A DNA stretch of 63,005 nt, filler included, from Octopus bimaculoides (taxonomy: Eukaryota), in assembly GCF_001194135.2 (NCBI RefSeq). It is 4 parts of 4 records of this genome, joined end to end, with 100 filler letters (N's around TTAATTAATTAA, not from the genome) between each part and the next. Parts side by side here need not be neighbours in the genome. Positions count along the whole stretch, not along the records: positions 1 to 19,465 come from NC_068997.1; positions 19,566 to 32,686 come from NC_068981.1; 2 more parts are not named here. One strand, 5' to 3'. Position 1 is the first letter of the stretch; each line of letters starts with the position of its first letter. The notes beneath the pieces were generated by a model, which saw nothing but the letters and a program-made list of their open reading frames with translations, had not been told where the DNA came from and did no database searches. The position numbers and the translations under genes were made by a program. Below are positions 12,765 to 25,707 of the stretch, in pieces.

Positions 12765-13135
12765 TTAAGGCGACTAGCTGGCAGATCGTTAGCATCTCGG
12801 ATAAAATGCTTAACGGCATTTCGTTTGTCTTTACGTTCTGACTTCAAATTCTGCCGAGGTCGACTTTCTTTTCATCCTTTCGGGGCTGGCAAAATAAGTA
12901 CCAGATGAGTGCTGGGGTCGATGTAATCGACTAAACCCTCGCCTGAAATTGTTGGTCTTGTGCCAAAATTTACAACCAATATTCATATTTTCTTAGGTCG
13001 GTGAACTGGCAGAATCGTTAGAACACCGGGCAAAATGTTTAGTGGTACAAAAGTACCAGTTGAGCACTGAGATCGATGTCATCGACTTACCGCTGCCACG
13101 AAACTGCTGGCTTTGTGCCTAAATTTGAAACCAAT
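12765..13135 (+). mobile_element. Two tandem copies of a second SINE family (aaggcggcgagctggcagaatcgttag...)
   Basis: Both copies share gagttcaaattc..gccgaggtcgac and aagtaccagt..gcactggggtcgatgtaatcgact. Further copies at ~14700-14850, 27540-27745, 33020-33130, 35690-36085 (two, minus), 42272-42500 and 58305-58490. Confidence 0.8.
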
Positions 13136-13837
13136 CTATACTTTTCTACATTGTGCTTTTGTTCGTGAAATGAAGGCAATGGTATTTCGTAGTCATCCAA
13201 AAAGCCATTTGAGATTATGGTTACAAAATAAGAAAGCGTATTATTTGAAGAACAAAACAAATACTAAATACTAAGAGTAACTTTATACCTCGATGTTGTT
13301 TTATAAATACTGCTCTGCAAAACTGTTTAAAAATATAGTGGATAAAGGGAAAATACTCTTGCTGAAACAGATTAATATGTTATGGGTTACGCAAGATTTT
13401 GAAATCATAAATTCAGGCATCCACTGTGCTACGAATACCTCCGGTCAGTAATTTCGCCATTAGTTATTTTGTAAATGTGACCACTAATTATGGGAGACGG
13501 CTGTAATTTTGTTCTTAAGTAAACTCGAAAAATTTTTAGCAATTTGAAAAGCTACAATTGCGATACATACATACATAGATACATACATGCATACATACAT
13601 ACATACATAATATTAATAATGCTTTTCAAAAAGAAACATTGATAATAATGATTTTTAAAAAGATAACATATATATATATATATATANNNNNNNNNNNNNN
13701 NNNNNNNNNNNNNNNNNNNNNNNNNNNNNNNNNNNNNNNNNNNNNNNNNNNNNNNNNNNNNNNNNNNNNNNNNNNNNNNNNNNNNNNNTATATATTGTGT
13801 GAGTGCGTTCGCACTTGCATGTGTGTGCGTGTTAGTG

Positions 13838-13880
<43 letters not shown>

Positions 13881-14136
13881 CGCGCGCGCATGGGTGTGAG
13901 AGAGAATAAACAAGTGTTTCTGCAATCGGCCACTATAAACACTTAATGAGTGTGGAGTAGAGTTACTCACTGTGAATATCTTTAAATCCAGTTATATATA
14001 TACGTAGATATACATAGATATATGTGTGTGCGTATGTATCATTTTCTTTTTTATTTTTTTCTATTTCATATGTCATGTTATGATAGAAGCAACTTTACAT
14101 TAAACTGCATACATTTTGGTTTGCTTGTCTTCATCG

Positions 14137-14182
14137 GACAGTCCCATGAAGGCCAGTCGGCCGAAAATTCGAATTCACTGTC
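14137..14182 (+). ncRNA. Degenerate minimal type I hammerhead ribozyme motif (Penelope-like element type)
   Basis: Stem I GACAGT/ACTGTC; core CCCATGA (canonical CTGATGA) plus an extra A; stem II GGCC-agtc-GGCC; GAAA; palindromic stem III AATTCGAATT; cleavage triplet UUC. Confidence 0.6.
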
Positions 14183-15177
14183 ACCAATAATATTAATAAT
14201 GGTGATGATTTAATAAAAAATAATAACAGTAATATATGCATGCACACACACACACATACATACATAATATACACACATATATACACACATGCAAACATAC
14301 ATACATACATACATATATACATACATACATACATATATATATATATACATACATACATACATGCATACATACATATGTATATATATATATATNNNNNNNN
14401 NNNNNNNNNNNNNNNNNNNNNNNNNNNNNNNNNNNNNNNNNNNNNNNNNNNNNNNNNNNNNNNNNNNNNNNNNNNNNNNNNNNNNNNNNNNNNNNNNNNN
14501 NNNNNNNNNNNNNNNNNNNNNNNNNNNNNNNNNNNNNNNNNNNNNNNNNNNNNNNNNNNNNNNNNNNNNNNNNNNNNNNNNNNNNNNNNNNNNNNNNNNN
14601 NNNNNNNNNNNNNNNNNNNATAACTGTATGTATGTATACATTTTAGAGAAATGAAAAGATTAAAAAACAGGCATAGCATTTCATTTAGATATATTGGTTT
14701 CAAATGTTGGCTCAAGGGCAACAATTTCAGGGGAGGGGTAAATCAATGAGATCGACCCCAATGATTAACTGGTACTTATTTTATCGACCTCGAAAGTATG
14801 AAAGGCAAAGTGGAATTTGAATTCAAAACGTAAAGACAGACGAAATGCCGGCGCACAGAAGATGGCACTAACATTGACATGAAACCTTTCTTTGATTCGT
14901 GACTGCTACATTTCGTCACGATTCGAGGGCTATGCATTTGCAATCCAGGAGCAAGAGATTGATATAAAATGTCACTATGTCGGTAGTCATTGTTTTGATA
15001 AGGAATAAAAAAAAATTAGAAACAGTTGCAGTTTAGAAGATGAGAACATGTACAGTTGTACAATTTGTATAAGTCATCAGAATTGGCCTTGCTAAATCAC
15101 GTTCGTACTTATTGTACGAATGTCGACATCGATATAATTCGAACTCATAAAATAAAAAGTGCTCTTTATAGCCAGCA

Positions 15178-15425
15178 TGGGGCGGGTAACTGTCCTGATA
15201 CGGACTAGATAGTCCGTATCAGGACAGTTACCCGCCCCACTCCAGGACAATTACCCCATAGGAAAATTTCCCCTACAACAACTACCCCTATGACAATTAC
15301 CACCCCTAGCTATTTACCCCCTCTCCAATATATTAAGAAGTTTTAAATCACCATCTGTTGTCCTCAGAGGTAATTGTCCTTGGGGGTGGGGTTATTGTCC
15401 AGCGGGGGTAAATGTACTAGACTCA
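15178..15425. mobile_element. Non-autonomous TIR element ends with a perfect 30-bp palindrome and ggacaattaccc subterminal repeats
   Basis: 15178-15207 and 15210-15239 are exact reverse complements. They are followed by repeated ggacaattacccc/acaactaccccta units and their inverse (gggggtaa/gtaattgtcc). Confidence 0.65.
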
Positions 15426-15721
15426 TCTAGTCTGCTGCTCTATGGTTATTAAACATATTCCTTTCAAGAAGTTGTATTATACATTCTCTTCTGTCAGTTA
15501 GCCTTCTCTTGCTCTTGTGGTTTCACTGAGATCAAGTATATCGATGTTAAACCATTAAAAATCAGTGGCAACCAGAAAATGATTGCTCAGATCAATTATA
15601 CATCAGAATTGAGACGCTGCTAGTTGCAATTTTCGTGATTACCGTTTCTTAACCACATGTATTAGTCGACTTATTGAATGTTGTTATCCAGACAGATAAT
15701 ATCGAAGCAGACTAAAGGAAA

Positions 15722-16035
15722 CGTGGCTTAATGCCTAGTGCATTCAACTCTCGATCGCACGGTCTTGAGTTCGATTTGCGGCGGCGCGTTGTGTAGTTGA
15801 GCAAGACACTTTATTTTCTCGTTGCTCCAGTTCACTCAGAACGCAAAAATGAGTTGTACCTGTAATTCAAAGGGCTAGCTTTGTCACATTCTGAGCACGC
15901 TGAATCTTCCTGAGAACTAAGTTAAGGGTAAGCGTGTCTGTGCAGTATTTACGGACTTGTATGTTAATTTTACGAGCAGGCTGTTCCGTTGATCGATCGA
16001 ATCAACTGGAACTCTCGTCGTCATAACCGATGATG
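15722..16035 (+). mobile_element. Third tRNA-derived SINE family
   Basis: A-box-like gtggcttaatgc and B-box-like gagttcgatt, then ttgagcaagacactttattt..cgttgctccagt. A CpG-decayed copy lies at ~60660-60880. Confidence 0.75.
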
Positions 16036-16199
16036 AAGCAGGCCGTTAAGCAGACAATGTTCAAGGTCTTTTTTCGAAAGCCTTCTCGGCTGAAAATTAT
16101 TAGAGTAGATACTGAAAAGTACTGTTCAAGTATTGATGCACGTAATTATTTGTACTTCCATATAAGGTAATGTAATGAGTGAATCAAGCATCTACCATG

Positions 16200-18247
16200 T
16201 CTAAAATAACCTCTGATTCAGAATCTTGCCACATTCACTCTTCCCCATAGCCGGAAAGTTTCTCCCACAACATCGCCACCATGGATGATCCTTACCAAGA
16301 ATGGGAAACTCTCGATAGTACTGGCTGTGAAATGATTTAGACTACGAAAGCTCGACAGGAAAAACTTAAAGGAAAATTTCGAAGAAGTGAAGAATATACG
16401 GCACGAGTTTTATCAACAGGAATGATCCTTTTTCAAAGCTATTAGAACTTCCTAGTGGTATCAACAAAATCTAATGACGCCTCTGCCTCAACTTCAAAAA
16501 GAATCTAAAATGCTTATGATTTAACTTCAGATGCCAATGATACGGTGAAAGAAAACGTCCATATCAAACTGGAATCTTTATTTTCTTCCAGAAATAATCA
16601 TTTTCAAACTTCAATGCAAAGTTAGGGCGAGACAATAGTCTATGGAACAGTAGCATACCACACTATTTAGCTCTGGCAGAGACAAAATTGATCCCCAAGT
16701 GCAGAACCACCCACGTAACAAAAAACTACCGGCCAATTGCATATCAGAATTTAGTGTATAAGATATATACAGCATGTTTAAACCTCTTCCTCCAGGACCA
16801 TTGCGAAACCAATAACATCACAGCAGAACAAACAGATGGGAAGAAGGTAGTCTGGGGATGTACCGAGCAATTGTTAATCAACAAAACCTCCAATCAGTCA
16901 GCGACGAGCATTCGCAACCTTCCCTCTTGGTCTGATAACCTAGAATACATGCCCAAAGAAATCGCACGTCTCTACCGCAACGTATCATCAGATGAAAAGA
17001 TGAGCCTATATGAGCAGAAGACTATGCGTGGAAATGTTACTAGAAAGCTCCGTGATGATAGTAACATCGATCATCAAAGCAGTTTATCATGGACAAATAG
17101 TCGGATTACTACCTTCCTCTTTGAAGGGTATGTGTTTGCAATCCAGGAACAGGAAATATCAACCAAGTACCTGATGCACAAAAGGGATAGAGATGCAGGC
17201 AAAGACTTTGTGGAGTTCACACTGAGGATATCACCCACATCATAAGCAGTTGTCTGAAAATGTCATCACGGTATTATCTACCTATGAGACGTGATGTTGC
17301 AGCTAGGACACTCTAAAATGAAATCCATCGGAAGGATAATCACGAGGGCAAAGAAATAAGAACCCACAATATGGCAGAAGCCATAACCACTCATAATAAA
17401 AAGGAATATTGTTGGAATGTACCAGTGAAAGCTTCAATGTAAGCACAACAGACATGATATGATGATTTGGGATAGCGAAGAGAAACTGTGCACAATTGTG
17501 GAAATTAGATGCCCAGCAGATGTTAACGTAAAACTGAAGATCAGTGAAAAACAGAACACGTATGCTGAACTATTCAGAAATCAGCAATAGCTCTATCCGG
17601 ATTACAAGTTCAGATTTATACCTGTAATTAATGGGGCCCTAGATTACGTAACATACTGCGTAAATACCAATCTTGAGAAATTAGACTTCTCAAAACCAGA
17701 AAGGAGAAAGCTAATCCGAAGACTACTGATACAATCCATCACTGGAACTGTTAAAATCTGCAAAACTTTTCAGAAGTTTATCATTTAAATATATATGAGC
17801 AAGTCTAGATATGCAACTATATGAATGAGAATACATACATGAAATATACAAATATGCACATACATACATACATACATACATACATACATACATACATACG
17901 TACGTACAAATATACCCTGTTGCTGATGTTGAAATTCCAATGAAGGAACCTTAGATCTAGGTTAGAAACCAGTTCTTTCTCTATTGGCAAGAAATCTTGA
18001 AATAAACTGAATAAGNNNNNNNNNNNNNNNNNNNNNNNNNNNNNNNNNNNNNNNNNNNNNNNNNNNNNNNNTGAAATATACAAATATGCACATACATACA
18101 TACATACATACATACATACATACATACATACGTACGTACAAATATACCCTGTTGCTGATGTTGAAATTCCAATGAAGGAACCTTAGATCTAGGTTAGAAA
18201 CCAGTTCTTTCTCTATTGGCAAGAAATCTTGAAATAAACTGAATAAG
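16200..18247 (+). mobile_element. Internally deleted R4/Dong-like LINE including its 3' UTR
   Basis: ORF 16688-17245: NYRPIAY, GCTEQLLINK, EGYVFAIQEQEISTKY. Further downstream PVINGAL/IIGVPG-like motif and a 3' UTR homologous to 35150-35417. Confidence 0.8.
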
Positions 18248-18259
18248 GATACACAGACA

Positions 18260-19080
18260 CAGACAGACAGACACACACACACACACGCACACAAACACAC
18301 GCACACGCACACACACACACACACACACATATATATCTGTGCGTGTCTCTTTGTGTTTGCGTTTACTCTCACCATCGTTTTACAACTGGTGTTCAGGTGT
18401 TTACGGTTCGGCAAAAGACATCGATAGAATAAGTGCCAACCGTGACAAAATAAAACTGGGGTCGATTCATTCCTCTAATAATTTTCCAAGACAGTGCTCA
18501 GCATGGCCGCAGTCTAATGACTGAAACAACTAAAAGGCAGAAGATAATAAAGACAAAATTTCGGTTCGACCAAACAGTTTTATATCGCTTACAAGATTGA
18601 TGCAAATACAGCATGTTAAAGATTTTTCTTAGGTTTTAGCTTTAGAGAAGCAGTTACCGAGTGCAATAATTATCGTAGGCGTGGCTGTATGGCAAGAAAT
18701 TTGCTTCCCAACTACATGGTTCCGGGTTCAGGCCCATAGCGTGAGCCTTTGGGAAAGTGTCTTCTATTAAAAACCTTGTGAGTGGATTTGGTAAATGGAA
18801 ACTAAATGAATCCTTTCGTATATATTCATATGTGTGTGTGTGTGTGTGTGTGTGTATTTGTGTGTGTCTGTGTCTGTATTTGTCGCCCTATCACCAATTG
18901 ACAACCGGTATTGATGTGTTTACGACCCCGTAACTTAGTGATGCACCAAAAGAAACTGATAGAATAAGTACTAGGCTTTAAAAATAAGTCCTGGGGTCGA
19001 TTTGTTCGACTAAAATCCCTCAAGGCGGCCCTCCAACATGGCCTCAGTCAAATGATTGAAACAAATAAAAGAATAAACGG
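18260..19080 (+). mobile_element. SINE 3' half plus a full SINE copy
   Basis: accatcgttttacaactggtgtt...gtctaatgactgaaac at 18370-18530, and a complete head-to-tail copy at 18670-19080. Confidence 0.75.
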
Positions 19081-19104
19081 ATAATACAAAAATTAGATGG
19101 ATTG

Positions 19105-19313
19105 CAGTAATCCCTCGACTATTGCGGGTGTTCCAAAAACCCCGCGATAGGTGAAAATGCGCGAAGTAGAAACAGTACTGTACTGTATATTTTTTTAAAT
19201 CATTTTTATAATTTGTATATATTTATTTTATTATAAGTGCAAAGCAACACCACGACGTAAGCTTAAATAATAAACTGTAATAGGTGAATCGTGATATGGC
19301 GAGGGACTATCTG
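19105..19313. mobile_element. Tigger/pogo-like MITE
   Basis: TIRs CAGTAATCCCTCG and CGAGGGACTATCTG, TA on the right flank, internal ccgcgata..gtgaa repeats. Confidence 0.7.
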
Positions 19314-19465
19314 TATGCTTTTTTTCTTTTTACCATGTTTAGCTTCATCTCAATTCTGGTGGAGCAGTCATTCTGGCATGCAGGTTTGACTGCTGTTTGT
19401 AGTTGATTACTTTATTAGTTAAAAACGATATATTTTATCTCTATACATAGATACATTCATATGAC

Positions 19466-19565
19466 NNNNNNNNNNNNNNNNNNNNNNNNNNNNNNNNNNN
19501 NNNNNNNNNTTAATTAATTAANNNNNNNNNNNNNNNNNNNNNNNNNNNNNNNNNNNNNNNNNNNN
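19466..19565. other. Artificial scaffold join (44 N + TTAATTAATTAA + 44 N)
   Basis: Identical 100-bp construct at three places; the 12-mer has stops in all six frames. Confidence 0.95.
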
Positions 19566-21479
19566 TATATATATATATATATATATATATGAATTAAACA
19601 TTTCCTCATTCATCTAGTTCAAATCTTATATTATAATATTTTTACCCAAAATATTATATAGAAAAATAAAAAAAAATCCCGGGAGATATTAAAATATCAT
19701 CGTTAGTGTAAATAACTTCTGTGAGTCTTCACAAAGACATAGATAGTATAGAAATACAGTTTCAGTAGTTTATGTTAGTTGCAAATATTTAGTTGTAGCT
19801 AATTAAGAGACATAATAAATATTGTCTGATTTTTGTTATGCCCACTATCTGCATTTTCTCCGAGAGTTTACTGAAAACTTGTTTATGTTTTTGTTATATA
19901 ATATCAGAGCAATGCTGATTTTCATTTGATTACATTTATAATTTTATACATAACAGCTAAAAACATTTATTTTCATTTACTTCCATATTTACATTTGCTG
20001 GTAGTTCTTGACTCTACGAAATGGAAGGTAATTCCATACCACCTACAATTCTGCTTAGAACGTAAGAAAAGGATGCTACATGCACTCAGGCAATTTGATA
20101 AGCAATTCACTGTTTTTGATACACCACAATTGTTTCTAACATTGTTAATATAACAAAGTCTATATAACATTCAAATAATATGCATTCTTGATCGTATTTT
20201 TTGTGAAACTGTTGAGCAGATATTCAGCAGTAATCTAAATAAAAAAAAACAGAACGATTGTGCTGCTTATTCTTGATCCATTTCTTAATTATGTAAATAT
20301 ATTTCAGCTAATCATATCCTATCCTCACAAAATGTACGACATATGTAAACATAATTCTAGTAATGCAGCACAATGAAGTTGGGGATTATAAAATATAAGC
20401 TAAACTGTGAACTGGACAATGATATTCGCTGATAATCGCATAATCATCTAAATGCTGTAGAAGAGTGTGTTTTCAATGTGATGTGTGTAGTACAGTATTG
20501 ATTACGAGACAATGTATTAATGATTTTATCCTTAGCGCAACCAATTCAGTTTACTTTGCAGAAGTTAACTATTTATAGCTCACTACTATTCAGAATACTG
20601 TAACGTTGATTAGTAATTGGCGTATTGTTAATATGTTAGTTAAATTCCTCCTCAAAATATTGTTTACAGAGAAATGTTATAACGAGTCAATAGATTACAG
20701 AGACAAAGCAATAATACTAAGAAAGAAAATAGAAAAAAATATCCGTATTTAAATTATTCCAAGTATAGTAACTGTAAGTAACTGAATCGTTTATCGAATG
20801 AACAATAGTATGAATAGTGGACACTGATGTGAGAGATTTCCTTTAAATTAATTCGTAAAGATCATTTATTTCTCAGTTTAGTTCTGCAACAGTTCCAGTT
20901 TATAAACTCTCATAGAATATAATGAAATGCCAACAACTTCTCCATTCGAATGTTATGTCAGTCAAATTAAAATAACAATTAGAATGTATTTGAGTGGAAA
21001 AAAAAACTTCTTGAAAAGTTTGTGTACATAATACATATAACACAAGGATTAAGTTGCATTAAAAACCGTCTATTCTTTTGCATCAGATCTATTTGTAGGT
21101 AGGCTCTTTTAAGGTATTTTTAGATAATAAAATGGTATTAGTTTTACACTGGAAACGGATATTCGATTATTTACGATTAAATAAAGTATGCGGATGAATA
21201 TGATCAATACACGATTGCTAAAAGATATTTTGTTAGATCTATCAAATACAATTAGCTGCGAACTAAAGATAACTAACGCTTTTGAGAATTAAAATTTCAC
21301 GATAACACATATATCGCAATCAATTTACTGTCGAAGAAGTATCTTGCAATTTATCCTGTTGTGTATCATTTCTTCACTGAGTAAAGTTTCAAAATCACTA
21401 ACTTTCGACATAATTATCATATTTTCACACGACTAGTAATTTTGTATAACAGACTTATTGTAACAAAATTAAAATGGAA

Positions 21480-21780
21480 ATCTATCTCAGAAGCTTTTGC
21501 ATACTACTTCTCCAGATATACATACCTACATACATGGCAACTCAGTTTCTTTCAATCAACAAGCCCTGCACTATTTAACATTGTCCTAAAACAAATCAAA
21601 GCGGCAAAAATATCCTATCACCTTTATATGTAATCTAGACACATTCTTCAATAGATAGCAGATAAGCTACCTATACGTGGACACAAATTACTCAATAAGA
21701 ACTCCCAAATCGAATGGGTCTATGATACCACAAAGCTCGACTTAAAACGGACTTTGTAAATACTATCATGTAGTGCTTTT
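21480..21780 (+). mobile_element. Highly decayed LINE RT fragment
   Basis: SPALFNIVL resembles the QG..LSPLLFNIVL RT motif; surrounding sequence is full of stops. Confidence 0.4.
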
Positions 21781-22282
21781 AAGTTAGACATAACCTTGGC
21801 CTATCTTTGGATGAAGCATCTAAGTTCTGTATATATATANNNNNNNNNNTGTGGGTGTGGGTGTGTGGGTGTGTATGTGTGTGTGTGTGTGTGTCTGCGC
21901 GTATGTAGTCCACATATGAGATCCAGAGATTCTTAGTATAGAAGGTACTTAGTGCTCAAAACATTCAAATTTAGACTCCGATGACTTTACAGGTTATCAA
22001 TTCTATAAGGTAAATAATGGCTATAAAAGGAATTAAGTTGAGCGGATATAGGGCAATTATGCGGATAAAAAAAATTAGAAACATTAAATATATCAAATAT
22101 ATTAAATACATTCAATATAATAATTTGGGTGAGAAATGGAAAATATGTATTTATGTATACATGCACAACGAGAGAAAGCAAAAGGTAGAAACTTTCAGGT
22201 GTATAAATATATAGATATCTATATATTTATACTTAAAAGTTAATCATCCCCTTTTGCTTCCTCTGGCGTTGCATGTATACAT

Positions 22283-22316
<34 letters not shown>

Positions 22317-22426
22317 ATTTCATACCCTATTACATTAGGATTATATAATTTATTTATCCACATAACAGCCTCCGTGTATGTATGTATGTATGTATGTATG
22401 TATGTATGTATGTATGTATGTATGTA

Positions 22427-22459
<33 letters not shown>

Positions 22460-22552
22460 ATGCAAGTATGCATGTATGCATGTGTGTATGCATTTGTTTA
22501 TCTGCACAATTGCCTCTATGTATGTATGTATGTCTGTATGTCTGTATGTATG

Positions 22553-22607
<55 letters not shown>

Positions 22608-22676
22608 TTAAGGGTATAGAATTCCTTCGGTCACGAATAACCATCGGATTGCATCTAGAAGGCGCACAAGTCCGCC

Positions 22677-22721
<45 letters not shown>

Positions 22722-23499
22722 ATGAAATGTAAGGGACAGAGAAAAGATCGGAGAAAGCTTGTAGTGTGTTAGTGGATTATGATCTCTGGAAGTCAAAATA
22801 ATTTCCACAACTCGAGAATTGTATGGTATTTAATATGCCTTTATTTGTCGTTGTTTTCCTAATTCATATCATTCGTCACTCTAAAATGTTCCTCTTACTC
22901 AGCTTTCTTTTTTTTAAATAGACACACATACATATAAATATATACATATATACATATACATACATGCATACACACACACGTCCGTACATACATGCATGCA
23001 TACATACATATTCTTATTTTAATTCAATCATCAACAAAATAATTCAAATATTTTTAACAAAAGATTATTTATTAGCTTTATATTTAAGAGATGAGGAATT
23101 ATGTACATTATTTACATTTCACGGATATTTGTCCTCATCTTTTTTGTTGTTAAGAATTGAGCTCTGAATCTTGGGGTTTGTAGCTCGCGGTCATAAACCA
23201 CTACGCCATATACCCGTTGACAATTATAGAGTGAATTTTAGGGTTTATAAATCTAGTATTTTCCTATTATTCCTTAATACCGGTTCCCATATGCTGCATA
23301 CATACGTATGTGTATACTCATGCACACTCACACACGCAGATACGAATAAACAAACAAAAAGAACGCAGCTCCGATAACGGGCAGAGTCAACAACTATTGA
23401 AGAAGTTGCAAGAAACAATAAAAATTTTAGAAGAAAAATAATAAATGAGTGAAAATTGAACCGGTGAATGTGTTAATTAATAAGGCATTAAAATAGAAT

Positions 23500-23830
23500 G
23501 ACTCTCTCCAGACACAACAATACGCGGATATCCCCTCACCACTATTCACACCGCACTTGCCAGAGCACGTTCCGTAGACGGTGCATCTGCTCTCTCTCTC
23601 CCCGCACTCGCCCCGCCGTTTTCCCTCACCTACCACCCACCACCCTACCTCTCCAATGCACATTCTCTGCGCCTCCCGACCCCTAGTCCGACCCCTCCAC
23701 TTCGCGCATCTTCTCTAACCGACCCCTCCCCTCCTTCAAACGAGTCCACAACCTATGAGACCTCTTGATCCACAGCTTCTTCCCTAACCCAACCTCCCAA
23801 CCCGGCTCGTTCCCCTGCTCCCGCCCACAC
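23500..23830 (+). mobile_element. Penelope-like element (GIY-YIG retroelement) coding remnant
   Basis: Frameshifted RGYPLTTIHTALARARS (from 23523), LTYHP (~23625) and SDPSTSRIFSNRPLPSFKRVHNL*DLLIHS, matching the RT-thumb/linker motifs of Penelope-like ORFs as I recall them. C/T-rich low complexity follows to 24141. Confidence 0.7.
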
Positions 23831-24398
23831 TGCTGCACTTGCCCTTAGCTCTCCAACACCACCCTCCTCACCAAAGTCATCTACTGCATCTCCTGCTCTT
23901 TCTGTCCCTCTCTTCTCTTCAACTCACACCTACTTCCTCCCACCCACCTCTCCTCTCTTGCTCTGACTCCTACTTCGTCTCCTCACTTCTACACTCCTCT
24001 CTTCTTTTCACTCCTACCCACCTTCTCCCTCCTCCTCTCTCTTCAACGTCACCCATCCCTCGTAACCTCACCCCTACACAATCCAGCCCCACCTTCCCTA
24101 TCCATCTCATCCCACCCACCCCTTCCTTTACACCCACTCCANNNNNNNNNNNNNNNNNNNNNNNNNNNNNNNNNNNNNNNNNNNNNNNNNNNNNNNNNNN
24201 NNNNNNNNNNNNNNNNNNNNNNNNNNNNNNNNNNNNNNNNNNNNNNNNNNNNNNNNNNNNNNNNNNNNNNNNNNNNNNNNNNNNNNNNNNNNNNNNNNNN
24301 NNNNNNNNNNNNNNNNNNNNNNNNNNNNNNNNNNNNNNNNNNNNNNNNNNNNNNNNNNNNNNNNNNNNNNNNNNNNNNNNNNNNNNNNNNNNNNNNNN

Positions 24399-24438
<40 letters not shown>

Positions 24439-25665
24439 CTATGTATATGTATGTATGTGTGTATAATTATATGTACATAGCTATATTAAATATCTGAGCG
24501 TGAGGTAAACAGTAACAGTGCGGAATCGCAAAATATATTTGGCAGCTACATATGGCGGTCCCATAGAGAACGATGTTGCTGTTGGTTTTAGCCCCACTAA
24601 TGACCTACTATCTATGTCCGATTAGGATTTGCGAGAGGAGGTCATCCAGCTGAAGGAGATGTCTTCCTGGGGCTACAAACAACAGTAGCATCGTCCTCTA
24701 TGGGACTGCCATATTTAGTTGGCAAATAGTATATATGTATATATATATATATATATATATGAGAAATTAAATATAGAGATATTCTATTGACATTCAATAA
24801 TTTACTTATATTACAATATTACATTAAATACTATAAATATATTATATGTAAAGGTCCAATAAATTGTTTCAACTGATATATATATTTTTCTGATAAGTCA
24901 CTTCAAGGTCAATTGATTCAGAAAGACGAAATCCCGTCTGGAAAAGACGGCTGGATTGTAAAAATTAATTCAAATGTCTGTGTTATGGGCGCAAGCGTTA
25001 ATTATTTAATCTTACATCAATTACAATTAAAGAGCGTTTATAAGGGCGATACAATTAAGGAAGTGCAATACACAACCATTGAAGTTCACTTCATTATATT
25101 TCAAACACGTACCAATTGGAATCCTTTTATGTCCAATATAGTCTCTTGTCATCACAACATACAATGATAATGTATGTGTGTATATAAATGTATATGATTA
25201 AGTATCTACGTTTTCTACGTGTAACTACAACAACACACACATATATATATATATATAAACAATTACATTTTTAATACAGAAAGTCTTTTATCTATTTAAA
25301 TTAGTTGGTATAAAAAATTAATCGTTTAAATTAATTAATAATAATCTTCTATTTTTATTATTTTCCCGGGATCTTGTTCAAAACGGGGGCACCAGTTTTC
25401 ATTTATGTTTCATGTAGTGTTTTTGGTACCGAAAGACTTTCAAACTTCGTATACTTATCTATTTTGTGTTATAGAACAGAAAAAAATTTTTGTATTCGAA
25501 TTAATTTCATGTAAAAAATTGTCTTATTTCGATAATTTCAACCAATCACTGACAAGTATTCAGCTGTTTACAGTTACTCCTTTGGCAGTTTAAGCGGTGT
25601 AAAGCGTATTTAATCTCCATTACTTCTGACATTTTGCAGAGAGGCAACACACGTGTGTTCGTTTT

Positions 25666-25707
25666 CCCTAACCCTAACCCTAACCCTAACCCTAGCCCTA
25701 ACCCTAA
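25666..25707. repeat. Interstitial telomere-like (CCCTAA)7
   Basis: Seven hexamers, one variant CCCTAG. Confidence 0.9.

Noticed and set aside
15722-15800. tRNA-like A/B boxes here and in other SINE heads
   Set aside because: No cloverleaf; they continue into SINE bodies, so they are not tRNA genes.
17840-18247. ~175-bp direct repeat either side of the gap at 18016-18071
   Set aside because: Typical unmerged contig overlap; assembly artefact.
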